In this document: piece by piece, positions 9,861 to 20,468 of the stretch
Position numbering within the stretch: the first letter of the stretch is position 1
Layout: each line of letters starts with the position of its first letter
Origin: Octopus sinensis
Taxonomy: Eukaryota
Direction: 5' to 3'
NCBI RefSeq assembly: GCF_006345805.1
Contig: NW_021836775.1
Location: forward strand, 1 to 22,782
DNA length: 22,782 bases
Made by a program: the position numbers and the translations under genes
The notes under the pieces: generated by a model
The model's input: only the letters and a program-made list of their open reading frames with translations
Database searches by the model: none
Told to the model about the DNA's origin: nothing

Positions 9861-10167
9861 TATTCAATAATTCCTAAATATGTCTCTTTGTATGCGAGTG
9901 TCTCTCTCCCTCAATGTATCAGTGATTGTTTTTATCTCGGTATATTCAATTGTGAATGTGTGCGTGTGTGTATACATATGTATGGAAGTAAGAATATACT
10001 ATGAAACGACGTCTTTATCTGACTATGTATATATCCGTGATCGCCGATATATATTGGTGTGTGTGTGTGTGTGTGTTTATGATCTTTGTGTGTGTGTCAG
10101 TATGCGAATGATGTCCCTCTCTAAGTGCACGCACGCAGTGTCAGCATGTTTGCGCCTGTGAAGATAT

Positions 10168-10572
10168 TACTCTCTTTTACTTGTTTCAGGCATTTGACTG
10201 CGGCCATGCTGGAGCACCGCCTTTAGTCGAGCAAATCGACCCCGGGCCTTATTCTTTGTAAGCCTAGTACTTATTCTATCGGTCTCTTTTGCCGAACCGC
10301 TAAGTGACGGGGACGTAAACACACCAGCATCGGTTGTCAAGCAATGCTAGGGGGACAAACACAGACACACAAACACATACATACATATATATATATATAT
10401 ACATATATACGACAGGCTTCTTTCAGTTTCCGTCTACCAAATCCACTCACAAGGCATTGGTCGACCCGGGGCTATAGCAGAAGACACTTGCCCAAGATGC
10501 CACGCAGTGGGACTGAACCCGGAACCATGTGGTTGGTTAGCAATCTACTTACCACACAGCCACCCCTGCGCC
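10168..10572 (-). mobile_element. SINE family C, full length
   Basis: Reverse complement of 5188-5636. Confidence 0.9.
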
Positions 10573-10600
10573 TTGGATACATATATATATTATATATAGA

Positions 10601-10753
10601 AGTGGCTGCGTGCTAAGAAGTTTGCTTCCCAAGCACATGGTTCTGTGTTCGGTTCCCCTGCGTGTCACCTAGGGAAAGTGTCTTCTACTATAGCCTTGAG
10701 CTGACCAATCCTTGTGAGTGAATTCGGTAGACGGAAACTGAAAAAAGCCCGTC

Positions 10754-10791
<38 letters not shown>

Positions 10792-11023
10792 TTGTGTGAG
10801 TGTGTGTTTATGTATATATGTATATATGAATGTATTTGTGTGTCCGTGTTTGGCCCCCACCTCATCGTTTGACAACCGATGTTCATATGTTTATGTCCCC
10901 GTGTCTTAGCGGTTCGTTAAAGGTGGGCGATAGAATGAGTCCGAGGTTTACTAAGAATAAGTCCAGGGTTCGATTTGTTCGATTTTGCCGCAGTCAAATG
11001 ACAGAAACAAGCAAAACAATAAA
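10601..11023 (+). mobile_element. SINE family C, more diverged copy
   Basis: AGTGGCTGCGTGCTAAGAAG head, GGTAGACGGAAACTGAAA, GACAACCGAT and CAGTCAAATGACAGAAACAAG tail. Confidence 0.85.
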
Positions 11024-11032
11024 CGCATGAAA

Positions 11033-11107
11033 GATATATACATGTGTGTGTGTGTATAAATATATATATATATATATAATATATATATATATATATTATA
11101 TATATAT

Positions 11108-11150
<43 letters not shown>

Positions 11151-11204
11151 ATATATATATACATATAAATATATATATATAAATTCTTTATAATATATAT
11201 ATAA

Positions 11205-11235
<31 letters not shown>

Positions 11236-11260
11236 CATATATATACATATATATATATAT
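11033..11260. repeat. (TA)n microsatellite
   Basis: Read directly from sequence. Confidence 0.95.
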
Positions 11261-11416
11261 ACGACGCGCTTCGTTTCAGTTTCCGTCTACCAAATCTACT
11301 CACAAGGCTTTTGGTCGGCCTGAGGGTATAGTTGAAAACACTTGCCGAAGATGCCACGAATCCGAACTGAAACCGGAACCATGTTGTTGGAAAGCAATCT
11401 TCTTACTGCACAGCCA
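11261..11416 (-). mobile_element. SINE family C, 5' half only
   Basis: TTTCAGTTTCCGTCTACCAAAT...CACAGCCA matches 10421-10562; a further deleted tail remnant lies at ~11495-11570. Confidence 0.85.
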
Positions 11417-11695
11417 TATATATACACCATATATATACACACCATATATACAAGACCATATATATACACACATACACATATATGTTTTCTTTAGTTGTTT
11501 CAGGAATTTGGCTGCGGACATGCTGCGGAATCACCTCCAAAGGGATAGGGGCAAACACAGACACAAGAACATACGCAATATATATATATACACACACACA
11601 CACACATATATGCATATATATACATTACCTGTTTCCATCACTCACAACAAGGACGAGGCGTTGGGCTTTGAGAGACATAACACATATACATATGA

Positions 11696-11785
<90 letters not shown>

Positions 11786-11793
11786 GATAGATA

Positions 11794-11851
<58 letters not shown>
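11696..11851. repeat. (GATA)n microsatellite
   Basis: Read directly from sequence. Confidence 0.97.
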
Positions 11852-11852
<1 letters not shown>

Positions 11853-12068
11853 TGTTTCTTTATTAGCCACACAGGGCTGCACACAGATGGGACAAGTTAC
11901 AAGGTAGAGCTTTTCTTTTGGGGGATGAAAAAAAAAACAAAAGAAACAAAAAAAAGGGGGTGGCGTAGGTTTTCGATCAAGAGGGATCGTAAAAGGGAAG
12001 AAAAGAACAAAAAAAATAAATAAATGAATAAAATAAAAAAGAAAAAAAGAAAAAGAAAAAAAAAAAAA
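11853..12068 (-). mobile_element. Probable 5'-truncated non-LTR retrotransposon 3' UTR embedded in (GATA)n
   Basis: Minus strand ends TGTCCCATCTGTGTGCAGCCCTGTGTGGCTAATAAAGAAACA followed by (TATC)n; GATA repeats on both flanks (11696-11851, 12069-12082). Confidence 0.5.
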
Positions 12069-12635
12069 GATAGATAGATAGAAAATGTCTGCGTATGTAT
12101 TGGTATCTCTATATATATATGCATATATAAATGTACACCCATACATATATATATATGCATGTATGATGTATATATATATATATCTTATTTGTTTAGATAT
12201 TAATCTATGTAGGAATACGTTCATGTATGCATGTATGTATGTATGTATGTATATGTATGGCTGCGCATACACGTGAATATATGTCTATATAAAAGTGTAT
12301 GTATATGTGTGTGTGAGAGGAAGTGCGCCCGTACGTTGCTGTGTGTACGCGTATAACTCTGCTTGTAACTATATCTGTGCGTGTGTGTTAGATATATTTG
12401 TGTCTGTGTGTTTGATTCACAAACGGTCCTAAGCAATGCGTATAAATAAATGTAAGACTATGTTGAGTCGGTGGAGGCATTCTAGCTTTTGCACCCCTGG
12501 AATATGGTATGACATAAGAGTATGGTGAGTGAATCTTGTCAGTTGAGAAGTCTAGGGTTCGTATCACACCCGTGACGTTGTTTCGTTAAGTAAGGTTCTT
12601 CTCCCTTCGTCGACATCGTCGTTGCTGACAGCGAT

Positions 12636-12732
12636 TACTACTACTACTACTACTACTACAACTACAACTACTTCTACTACTACCATCATCATCATCATCA
12701 TCATCATCACATCATCATCATCATCATCATCA
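12636..12732. repeat. (CTA)n/(CAT)n microsatellite
   Basis: Read directly from sequence. Confidence 0.95.
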
Positions 12733-12733
12733 A

Positions 12734-12930
12734 AGCAGCGAGTTAGCACGCTGGGCAAATTGCTTAGCGGTATTCTGTCCGTCTTTACGCTCTGAGTTCA
12801 AGTGCTACCGAGAGTCGACTTTGTTTTCCATTTTTCTGGGCTCGATAAAATAAGTACTAGTCAAGCACTAACTAATCTACTAACAGCCGCTTCCAAAAAC
12901 ATTTCAGGCCTTGTACCTCTAATGGAAGAG
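12734..12930 (+). mobile_element. SINE family A, old copy with tail type B
   Basis: Diverged head and core; tail ATTTCAGGCCTTGTACC. Confidence 0.75.
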
Positions 12931-12934
12931 TTTA

Positions 12935-13505
12935 GGCAGCGAGGTGGCAGAATCGTTAGTACGCAGGGCGAAATGCTTAGCGGTATTTCGTCTGCCGTTA
13001 CGTTGTGAGTTCAAATTCCGCCGAGGTCGACTTTGCCTTTCATTCTTTCGGGGTCGATAAATTAAGTACCAGTTATGCACTGGGGTCGATGTAATCGACT
13101 TAATAACTTCGTCTGTCCTTGTTTGTCCCTTGTGGGTAATAAAGAAATAGGTATTTCGTCTGCCGCTCCGTTCTGAGTTCAAATTCCGCCGAGGTCGACT
13201 TTGCCTTTCATCCTTTCGAGGTTGATAAATTAAGTACCAGTTACGCACTGGGGTCGATATGGTCGACTTCATTCGTCTGTCTGTCATTGTTTGTGCTCTC
13301 TGTGTTTAGCTCCTTGTGGTTAGTAAAGAAATAGGTATTTCGCCTGTCTTTACGTTCTGAGTTCAAATTCCGCCGTGGTCGACTTTGCCTTTTATCCTTT
13401 CAGGGTCGATAAATTAAGTACAATTTGCTTACTGGGGCTCGATCTAATCGACTAGCCGCCTCCCCAAAAATTTCAAGCCTTGTGCCTAGAGTAGAATAGA
13501 ATATT
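12935..13505 (+). mobile_element. Composite SINE A: head + core-tailA + core-tailA + core-tailB
   Basis: GGTATTTC unit starts at 12982, 13150 and 13334. Confidence 0.9.
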
Positions 13506-13519
13506 CAAGAAGTACTGAA

Positions 13520-13904
13520 GGCAGCGAGCATGGCAGGTGAAATGCTTAGTGGTATTTCGTCTGCCGTTATGTTCTGAGTTCAAATTCTGCCGAGGTCGAC
13601 TTTGCCTTTCATCATTTCAGGGTCGATTAAATACGTACCAGTTACGCACTGGGGTCGATATAATCGACTTAATCCATGTGTCTGTCCTTGTTTGTCCTCT
13701 CTGTGTTTAGCCCCTTGTCGGTAGTAAAGAAATAGGTATTTCTTCTGCCGCCACGTTGTGAGTTCAAATTCCACCGAGCTCGACTTTGCCTTTCATCCTT
13801 TCGGGGTCGATAAAATAAGTACCAGTTGCGTACTGGGGTCGATCTAATCGACTGGCCCCCTTTCAACACTTTCGGGCTTTGTGCCTAGAGTAGAAATGAA
13901 TATC
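13520..13904 (+). mobile_element. Composite SINE A: head + core-tailA + core-tailB, with TSD
   Basis: Units start at 13551 and 13735; exact direct repeat CAAGAAGTACTGA at 13506-13518 and 13905-13917. Confidence 0.88.
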
Positions 13905-14369
13905 CAAGAAGTACTGATTGTTTTTGTTGTCTCTACAGCATTATATTTTCCCAGTTTTTGATTTTATTCAAATTGAATATCATCATTCATAAAACTAGCG
14001 ATAATATTAATAACTTAGCATTCATGAGACAATCGAAATGAATTTTCCTGCAAGTTTTAGTGATTGCATTTATTCCTAGTTGTATAAAACTATTTAAGAG
14101 AAACGCACATTTTAACTATCAAGGGTTCATAGTAAGTTATGATATTCAGGTTCAAGAATCTATTTATTTAATTAAGAAGAGAATTTACTAAACAAATTTA
14201 AATAATAGATACAATGAATCCATACAATGCATCCATAGAGCGCATCCATACGGTAACCCAGCAATAAAAATTATTTGAGTGTTTACTTTGAGGAACAAAC
14301 TAAGTGATCGCATATAATGGAACAATGGTTAGCTCTTTTCTTTTTCTTTCTTTTCGGTTAGAAGCACAA

Positions 14370-14573
14370 GTATCGTTACACTGTCGGGAAAAGTCTTAGT
14401 GGTATTTCGTCCGGCTCAACGGGCTTAGTTCACTTTCTGCAAACGCCAGCTTTGCCTTATATCCCGTAGGGAGTCGATAAAATAAAGTACTAGTCAAGTA
14501 CTGCGATCGATGGTATGGGCCAATCCCTCCTCTCAAAATTGTTGGCCAAGTTCAAAAAGCACTATTATTATTA
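14370..14573 (+). mobile_element. Old diverged SINE A-like copy with (TAT)n tail
   Basis: CTTAGTGGTATTTCGTCC, CTTTGCCTTATATCCC and GTCGATAAAATAAAGTACTAGTCAAGTACTG motifs. Confidence 0.7.
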
Positions 14574-14811
14574 TTAGCCCCTTGTGGGTAGTAAAGAAAT
14601 TGGTATTTCGTCTGCCGCTACGTTCTGAGTTCAAATTCCACCGATGCCGACTTTGCCTTTCATCCTTTCGGGGTCGATAAATTAAGTAATCGACTGGCCC
14701 CCTTTCAAAACTTTCGGGCTTTGTGCCTAGAGTAGAAAAGAATATCCAAGAAGTACTAATTGTTTTTTTTTTTTGTCTCTACAGCAGGATATTTTCCCAG
14801 CTTTTGATTTT
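14574..14811 (+). repeat. Local duplicate of 13707-13965 (SINE A 3' part plus flank)
   Basis: Shares diagnostic variants and ~60 bp of flank (CCAAGAAGTACT...GTCTCTACAGCA..ATATTTTCCCAG.TTTTGATTTT). Confidence 0.85.
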
Positions 14812-15092
14812 GTTAGGGAAGGGTGTTCCACTCACGATCGCGAGATCGTGGATTCAATTCCTAGACCGGGTGGTCCGTTGTCGGGTGGTCCGTTGTGTTC
14901 TTGAGCATTTCATCTCAACGTTGCTCCGCTATCACTCCGATACCTGACGCTTGGCACACTTTGCACCGTTTCGGGTAAGGTCGATTTGATGGAGAGATTG
15001 AGCTAATGTACACCACATAAATTTGATCACTATAAACGAATCATTTGGGGAGGCCGTTCGGCAAAAAAAGCTGAATATTCATCGTTATAAGA
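14812..15092 (+). mobile_element. tRNA-derived SINE family D (diverged)
   Basis: tRNA-like CACTCACGATCGCGAGATCGTGGATTCAATTCC, then GTGTTCTTGAGCA; 15-bp tandem duplication at 14867-14896; 3' boundary approximate. Confidence 0.6.
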
Positions 15093-15119
15093 CAGTAGTT
15101 CTGCGTGATTTGGGTATGT

Positions 15120-15454
15120 ACTGTGCTTTGTTTTATAATGCTGTTATTTTTACGGTATGGGAAGTGTTTTACGTAGGATATGTGAGGTCCATAGCAGTGT
15201 GCTATTTTCTGTATGTTAATATATATTCGTAAGTCCTGGTGTTTTCATTATGTATTTGTGTGTATGGTTTTAACCATATCTAATGCACTTATTATTGAAG
15301 TGATTATTTCTTATCTTCAGGCTCCACGCTCGTGTAATCTCTATTTCGAGATATTTATATTTCGAGTCTTGTGTTGGGATTGATATGTGGATTAGAAGAC
15401 ATTTTTTGGTCCCTCACAACAATATCTGGTCCATTAGCCCTGATCTTTCACACA

Positions 15455-15490
<36 letters not shown>

Positions 15491-16320
15491 ACACTCTCAC
15501 TTTCTCACTATCACTCTATTTCTCTATCTCCCCCTCTCTTTCCCCCCTCTCTCTCTGTGAATTGGCATGTCCCAGATTGTGGTTGTTTTGTCGTTTTCTG
15601 CATTTCCTGTCTTTTTTCCATTCTCATTCCAAAGTGCTGCACAACTCCCAATTCTGTCATGTCTGTGTATATATTCCTTCTTTGCTAGAACTGGGCAACC
15701 AGAAACAACATGATTTATTATTGTATCTTCCCCATCACTATATATTCTGCAGTTACTTATTGTATTTTTTATCATTATGTAATTTTGGTGGTTGCTGGTG
15801 GGGAGGCTTTGATCTTGTGCCGCAATTATAAACCCTTAAGTCTCTGCTTCGAGTTCGGAACTTTTCAACCAGTGTGAGAATTTTACTTTATTTCTTTTCT
15901 GTTTGGCTTATCCAAGTATTAGCCACGGAAGGGCTTTTCTTGCCATCGTCTTCTCGCGGTTCTTTGTAGTTTCAGTTTTGGCTTAGATTTTAGTTGCTTT
16001 ACAACTTTTGATGCTTCTTCTTTTTCTTCATAGCTGTCAGCTATTATAAACTCTTCCTTGTATTTTTCGGCTTCAAGTCAGAAAAGATTCTTTTTCTTTT
16101 TACTCATGCTATTTGTTGCAGATTTCCTCGGTTCTGAATTAGATATTCCTGTTGTCCTATGTTGGGTATTTTATAGCTGTTTTCTAGTTGTGTAAAAACT
16201 CTAAGACCTTCAATTCGTTGTATTTTCAACATTTCTGTGTCAGATTGTGGTTGGTGTTGTCTAGTACGGATATTCACTTAGTGTCAGTTTAAAAATATTG
16301 TAATTATAACTTATAACCGG
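15120..16320 (-). pseudogene. Decayed restriction-like-endonuclease non-LTR retrotransposon (R2 group, R4/Dong-like), C-terminal part
   Basis: Minus translations: CRIY..INHVVSGCPVLAKKEYIHRHD (decayed CCHC knuckle plus RHD), IWDMPIH, KIRANGPDIVVRD / CLLIHISIP (PD-D nuclease motif) and terminal TSHILRKTL. Frameshifted; 5' boundary approximate. Confidence 0.8.
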
Positions 16321-16356
16321 GAAAACTAGAGATAATATTTTTATCATTATTATTAT

Positions 16357-16905
16357 TGAGTGAGAGAGCAATGCATGCTACCAAAGCGACACTGGGGTAC
16401 AAATATACGAAGCCCGGTATACCCATAATGACCACCCATCTGATAATTGTACACCAGGCACATCCATATCAATCAAATGTGCGTGATCTGGTGATCTCAT
16501 AATAGGATGAACAGGACATGACTTTGCCGGTTAGGCTCAGTTAGAAATTTCTTTAGGTCGAATAGCCCATTCAGCTCAAAAGGTCTCTGAATAAGGGTTG
16601 TTTAAGGATGTTGAACGAAACACCCACCTTTCCAAAGGTGAATTATCCACCATGAGCAGCAGTAGTGCTCCCCCACTACTTCTGCTCATGATCAGAGATG
16701 CACATATTGTCAGCCACTAAGGGCCATGCTTAACTGGTTCAGATCAAACAACTGACAGGCAAATCTGTGGTATTGAGCAGAATATTTGCTGTAGCCCATC
16801 TTTTATACCAAGACAAAACAATGTACATGATAACACTTCCAATCAGAAGCCATGAGTTAAGATCAGAAGCCATGAGAGCCACTGTCTGGTACTGCATCAG
16901 GGCGT
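16357..16905. mobile_element. Non-coding interspersed repeat bounded by (TTA)n arrays
   Basis: Higher-complexity ~550-bp block with TTA repeats on both sides; recognised from memory as an octopus repeat, but single copy in this window. Confidence 0.5.
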
Positions 16906-16978
16906 TTTCTTCTTCTTCTTCTCTTCTTCTTATTATTATTATTATTATTATTATTATAATTATTATTATTATTATTAT

Positions 16979-17013
<35 letters not shown>

Positions 17014-17072
17014 AGTAGTAGTAGTAGTAGTAGTACAAACACACACACACGTGTGTGTATATATATAATATA

Positions 17073-17103
<31 letters not shown>

Positions 17104-17106
17104 AAT

Positions 17107-17163
<57 letters not shown>

Positions 17164-17165
17164 TA
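16906..17165. repeat. Compound (CTT)(TTA)(GTA)(CA)(TA) microsatellite
   Basis: Read directly from sequence. Confidence 0.95.
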
Positions 17166-17183
17166 GATACGTATGTTTCTAAA

Positions 17184-17405
17184 GGCGGCGAGCTGGCAGA
17201 AACGTTAGCACGCCGGGCAAAATGAGTAGCCGTATTTCGTCTGCCGTTACGTTCTGAGTCCAAATTCCGCCGAGGTCGACTTTGCCTTTCATCCTTTTGG
17301 GGTCGATAAATTAAGTACCAGTTACGCACTGGGGTCAATGTAATCGACTTAATCAGTTTGTCTGTCCTTATTTGTCCCCTCTATGTTTAGCCCCTTGTGG
17401 GTAGT

Positions 17406-17408
<3 letters not shown>
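17184..17408 (+). mobile_element. SINE family A, head + core + tail A
   Basis: Closely matches 1127-1361 (reverse) and 12935-13150. Confidence 0.92.
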
Positions 17409-17441
<33 letters not shown>

Positions 17442-17793
17442 CGTATATATATATATATATACGTATGTATACATATATATATTCAAACATATTTTGCGTG
17501 TTAAATAAGGAGTAGAAATGAGAGTATTCACTACTCTAAATAGTGATATTATACAAATTATTTGAAGCTGAAACTTCCCAATTCGTGGCTCCAGTTTCTA
17601 GCTTGTGATTTTCAGACAATTCCGGTTGCAGTGAAGTGACTGAAAACCATTGAAACAATACAAGTGAAACTATTGATAGCGGGCATCTAAAAATTAATAT
17701 TTAAAGCTTTTAGAGATATTGGAGATAAAACGTGTATTCTACTCCAGGTGGAAAGCCACATACGTATTCACACGATCAAATGAAGTGACAGTA

Positions 17794-18359
17794 TTGGGTT
17801 CTCGGGAAAGTTCGTGCCGATTTTTAAAGGAAAGAAAAATGTCAATAAATACTTGCCATTACATTTTTAATCAACCAAATATGAACCATGTTGTTGCACA
17901 ATGCGTCTCCATCTTTCCTTTAACTTGAAAATACCCTCTCCCCAGAATTGAGGTGGTTTCATGGCAAAGAATTCATCAAGGTATCTTTTTACGTCATCCA
18001 AGGTATTGAAATTTTTACCATTAAGACTATTCTGCAGAGACCTGAATAAGTGGAAATCTGAAGGAGCAATATCTAGTGTATATGGCGGGTGGGGTAACAC
18101 ATCCCAGCCGAGAAACAGCAATTTTTGTCTGGTTCCCAAAGCATCAAGTGCCGAAAATGAACTTTCTTATCTTCCATTTTAAAGGGTTACAGAATTAACA
18201 CGGGTTATAGGAACATAAATCTTCTGCCACGAAAAGATAGCTTAAACTGTGCTCTAAATGGAGGTGTAGTCAAATCCTATTTTATGGACTCAATTATGTT
18301 CTGAAATAAGTCGAAAGGTAAGCTACTATAAATCGGCACGAACTTTCCAGACAACCCAG
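17794..18359 (-). mobile_element. Internally deleted mariner (mellifera-like) with TIRs and TA TSD
   Basis: 30-bp TIRs at 17794-17823 and 18330-18359 (27/30 match); TA at 17792-17793 and 18360-18361. N-terminus MEDKKVHFRHLML (ATG at 18177) is joined to C-terminus LGWDVLPHPPYTLDIAPSDFHLFRSLQNSLNGKNF...ERWRRIVQQHGSY. Confidence 0.93.
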
Positions 18360-19093
18360 TAGGTAGGAAGTTTCGTGCAATAATATAAAACAAAGCGGAA
18401 AGAGAAAGGAGAATGGAAACTGTCTCAAGCACTGTCTACGTTATGTTTGGTGCACCATACCATCTGGATCAGGCTTCTTATTCTTGGATATGGTTAACTG
18501 TGTAAGGTGTGTGGTTAAAGGGGTGACTGGAATTGATTGTTGATGCATATTTTCATCAATTACAGACAGTTACAAGCAATGATACAGTCTATACATAGTC
18601 GCTAGAAATAGGAGCCAAATTCCCTTCAAGTTCAGAACCCTGTATAAATAAGGAACGGGCAAGTTAATAACGGACTGAGAAATTGAGTGTGACTCAGTTG
18701 GAACACTCTACACTGCTTCTCTAGCCACACTCAGTTTTGCTGTATCACTTTTCTAGTTCAAGTGCACTCAGTTTCCCTACCCATTTTACTCCCTCAGCGA
18801 CACTCAGCGGCCAGAAATAGTAAAAGCTAAGCCATTAGCGGACGAACAGAGCATACACAGTGCTGCTGCTGCTGCTGCTGCTGCTTGAGGTGAATGGTGG
18901 TGAGTAGGGTTTCGCAGGGACGTGAACCGGACAAATAGCATGAGCGGCCACTAAGCATCGGATCGATACTGACACGTCATCGGCGAAGCTTACTTTGCTA
19001 AGTGCACGCCAACACGGGAAACACTAACATAATATAATAATTCACTATAAACTAAACGAACCATCATGACGGCAGCTGCAACACGTTAACACA

Positions 19094-19147
<54 letters not shown>

Positions 19148-19152
19148 TGTAC

Positions 19153-19200
<48 letters not shown>

Positions 19201-19323
19201 ATACATGCATACATACATATATATATACATACATAGACATACATATATATACACATATATATATATACATATATCTATATATACATATATATAGGTGTGT
19301 GTGTATGTATGTATATACATATG

Positions 19324-19356
<33 letters not shown>

Positions 19357-19512
19357 ATGTATCTATACATACATAAACATATGGGTTTATACATACGCAC
19401 ATATACATATGTAATGTGTGTATATATATTTATGTATATGTGTATATATAGGTATATACATATATACGCATATATACATTTATTAGTGTGTGTGTGTGTG
19501 TGTGTGTGTGTT
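19094..19512. repeat. (TG)n/(TA)n compound microsatellite
   Basis: Read directly from sequence. Confidence 0.95.
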
Positions 19513-19690
19513 TGGATAAATTAAATAAATTTGTTATTTTAAAGTTATTTTAGGAGTAAGAAATACCGATCACTCATGGAGTGACTCAGTATTATGAGTG
19601 GAGTGAGACTTATCGATGGAATATCAAGTTACGTGTTTTGGCTTGTTGTACCTGGCTGAATCGTCCAAGTCCATATATAGTCATATATTG

Positions 19691-20468
19691 ATGAGGTACG
19701 TTCAAACAGCATCAGGCTTTATCTTTTTTTCCGCCAAAATTAATGCCGCATGGGCAAAATCCTTTGTGTGGGACTTGACGGCACCCCACCTGGGCATGAG
19801 AGAAAACTTTTACGCCGGTAGGCCGCAGCAGTTCCTGGTTCTTATGCCTAAAGTACTAGGTGCAGTTGTGTAGTGTGCCCTTATCGGATTTTTGTTTTCA
19901 CAGATGACCAAGCGCACCAGCAGACACCAGAAACTCATGTCTCATCACCAGCGATGATGGTTAACATGAAGTGTGGGTCGTGGTCTTCACAGTCTCAGAG
20001 TGATTCCCATGCGAAGTTGCTTCTACTGTTCCGCCAGCACATTAGGGACTAATGCCGCTGGTACTCTCCAAATGCACAAGCATTCCTTTAAATGGAATAT
20101 ACAGATCCTGTGTTTATTCCCACATCGTGAACACATTCCTGGATTGTTCTGTGACGGTCTTCATGACTATTTGCCGAACTCTCTCAATCAGTTCTTCGTT
20201 TCGGTTTGTAGAAGACCCGCTTGAGCGTGCCTCGGTCTCCACTGAGGAGCTGCCATACTTGAAGCAGTTGTGCCACTCCTTGATCTGAGTTTTAGCCATG
20301 ATATAAACGCCAAAGGACTGCTGCGGTGACTGACACGGTCTACCGGCACCGAAATTTTGTCATGATCACATGAAGGATGGCGCCACCTCCCTCCAAAAGG
20401 ACTTTGCCCACGTGATATTAGTTTTGCCGAGAAATAATGAAGGCGGATTCTCTTTCAACGCACCTCAT
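19691..20468 (-). mobile_element. Decayed mariner with long (~95 bp) inverted termini
   Basis: Outer IRs at 19691-19719 and 20440-20468 (~23/29 match), continuing to ~19787 and ~20375. Minus translations: KTQIKEWHNCFKYGSSSVETEARSSGSST (HTH region) and TIIAGDET*V (first catalytic D). Confidence 0.85.

Noticed and set aside
13921-13960. Splice acceptor-like TTGTCTCTACAG (also near 14784)
   Set aside because: No plausible exon or donor follows, and it lies within a local duplication.
7-19524. Many YIYI, HTHT, LSLS, ERER and poly-L/V/T ORFs in the ORF track
   Set aside because: They are translations of microsatellites, with no domain content or splice support.
19625-19672. Very degenerate minus-strand GACGA...AAAACACGTA hammerhead-like string
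   Set aside because: Both core strands are mutated and the stems do not pair.
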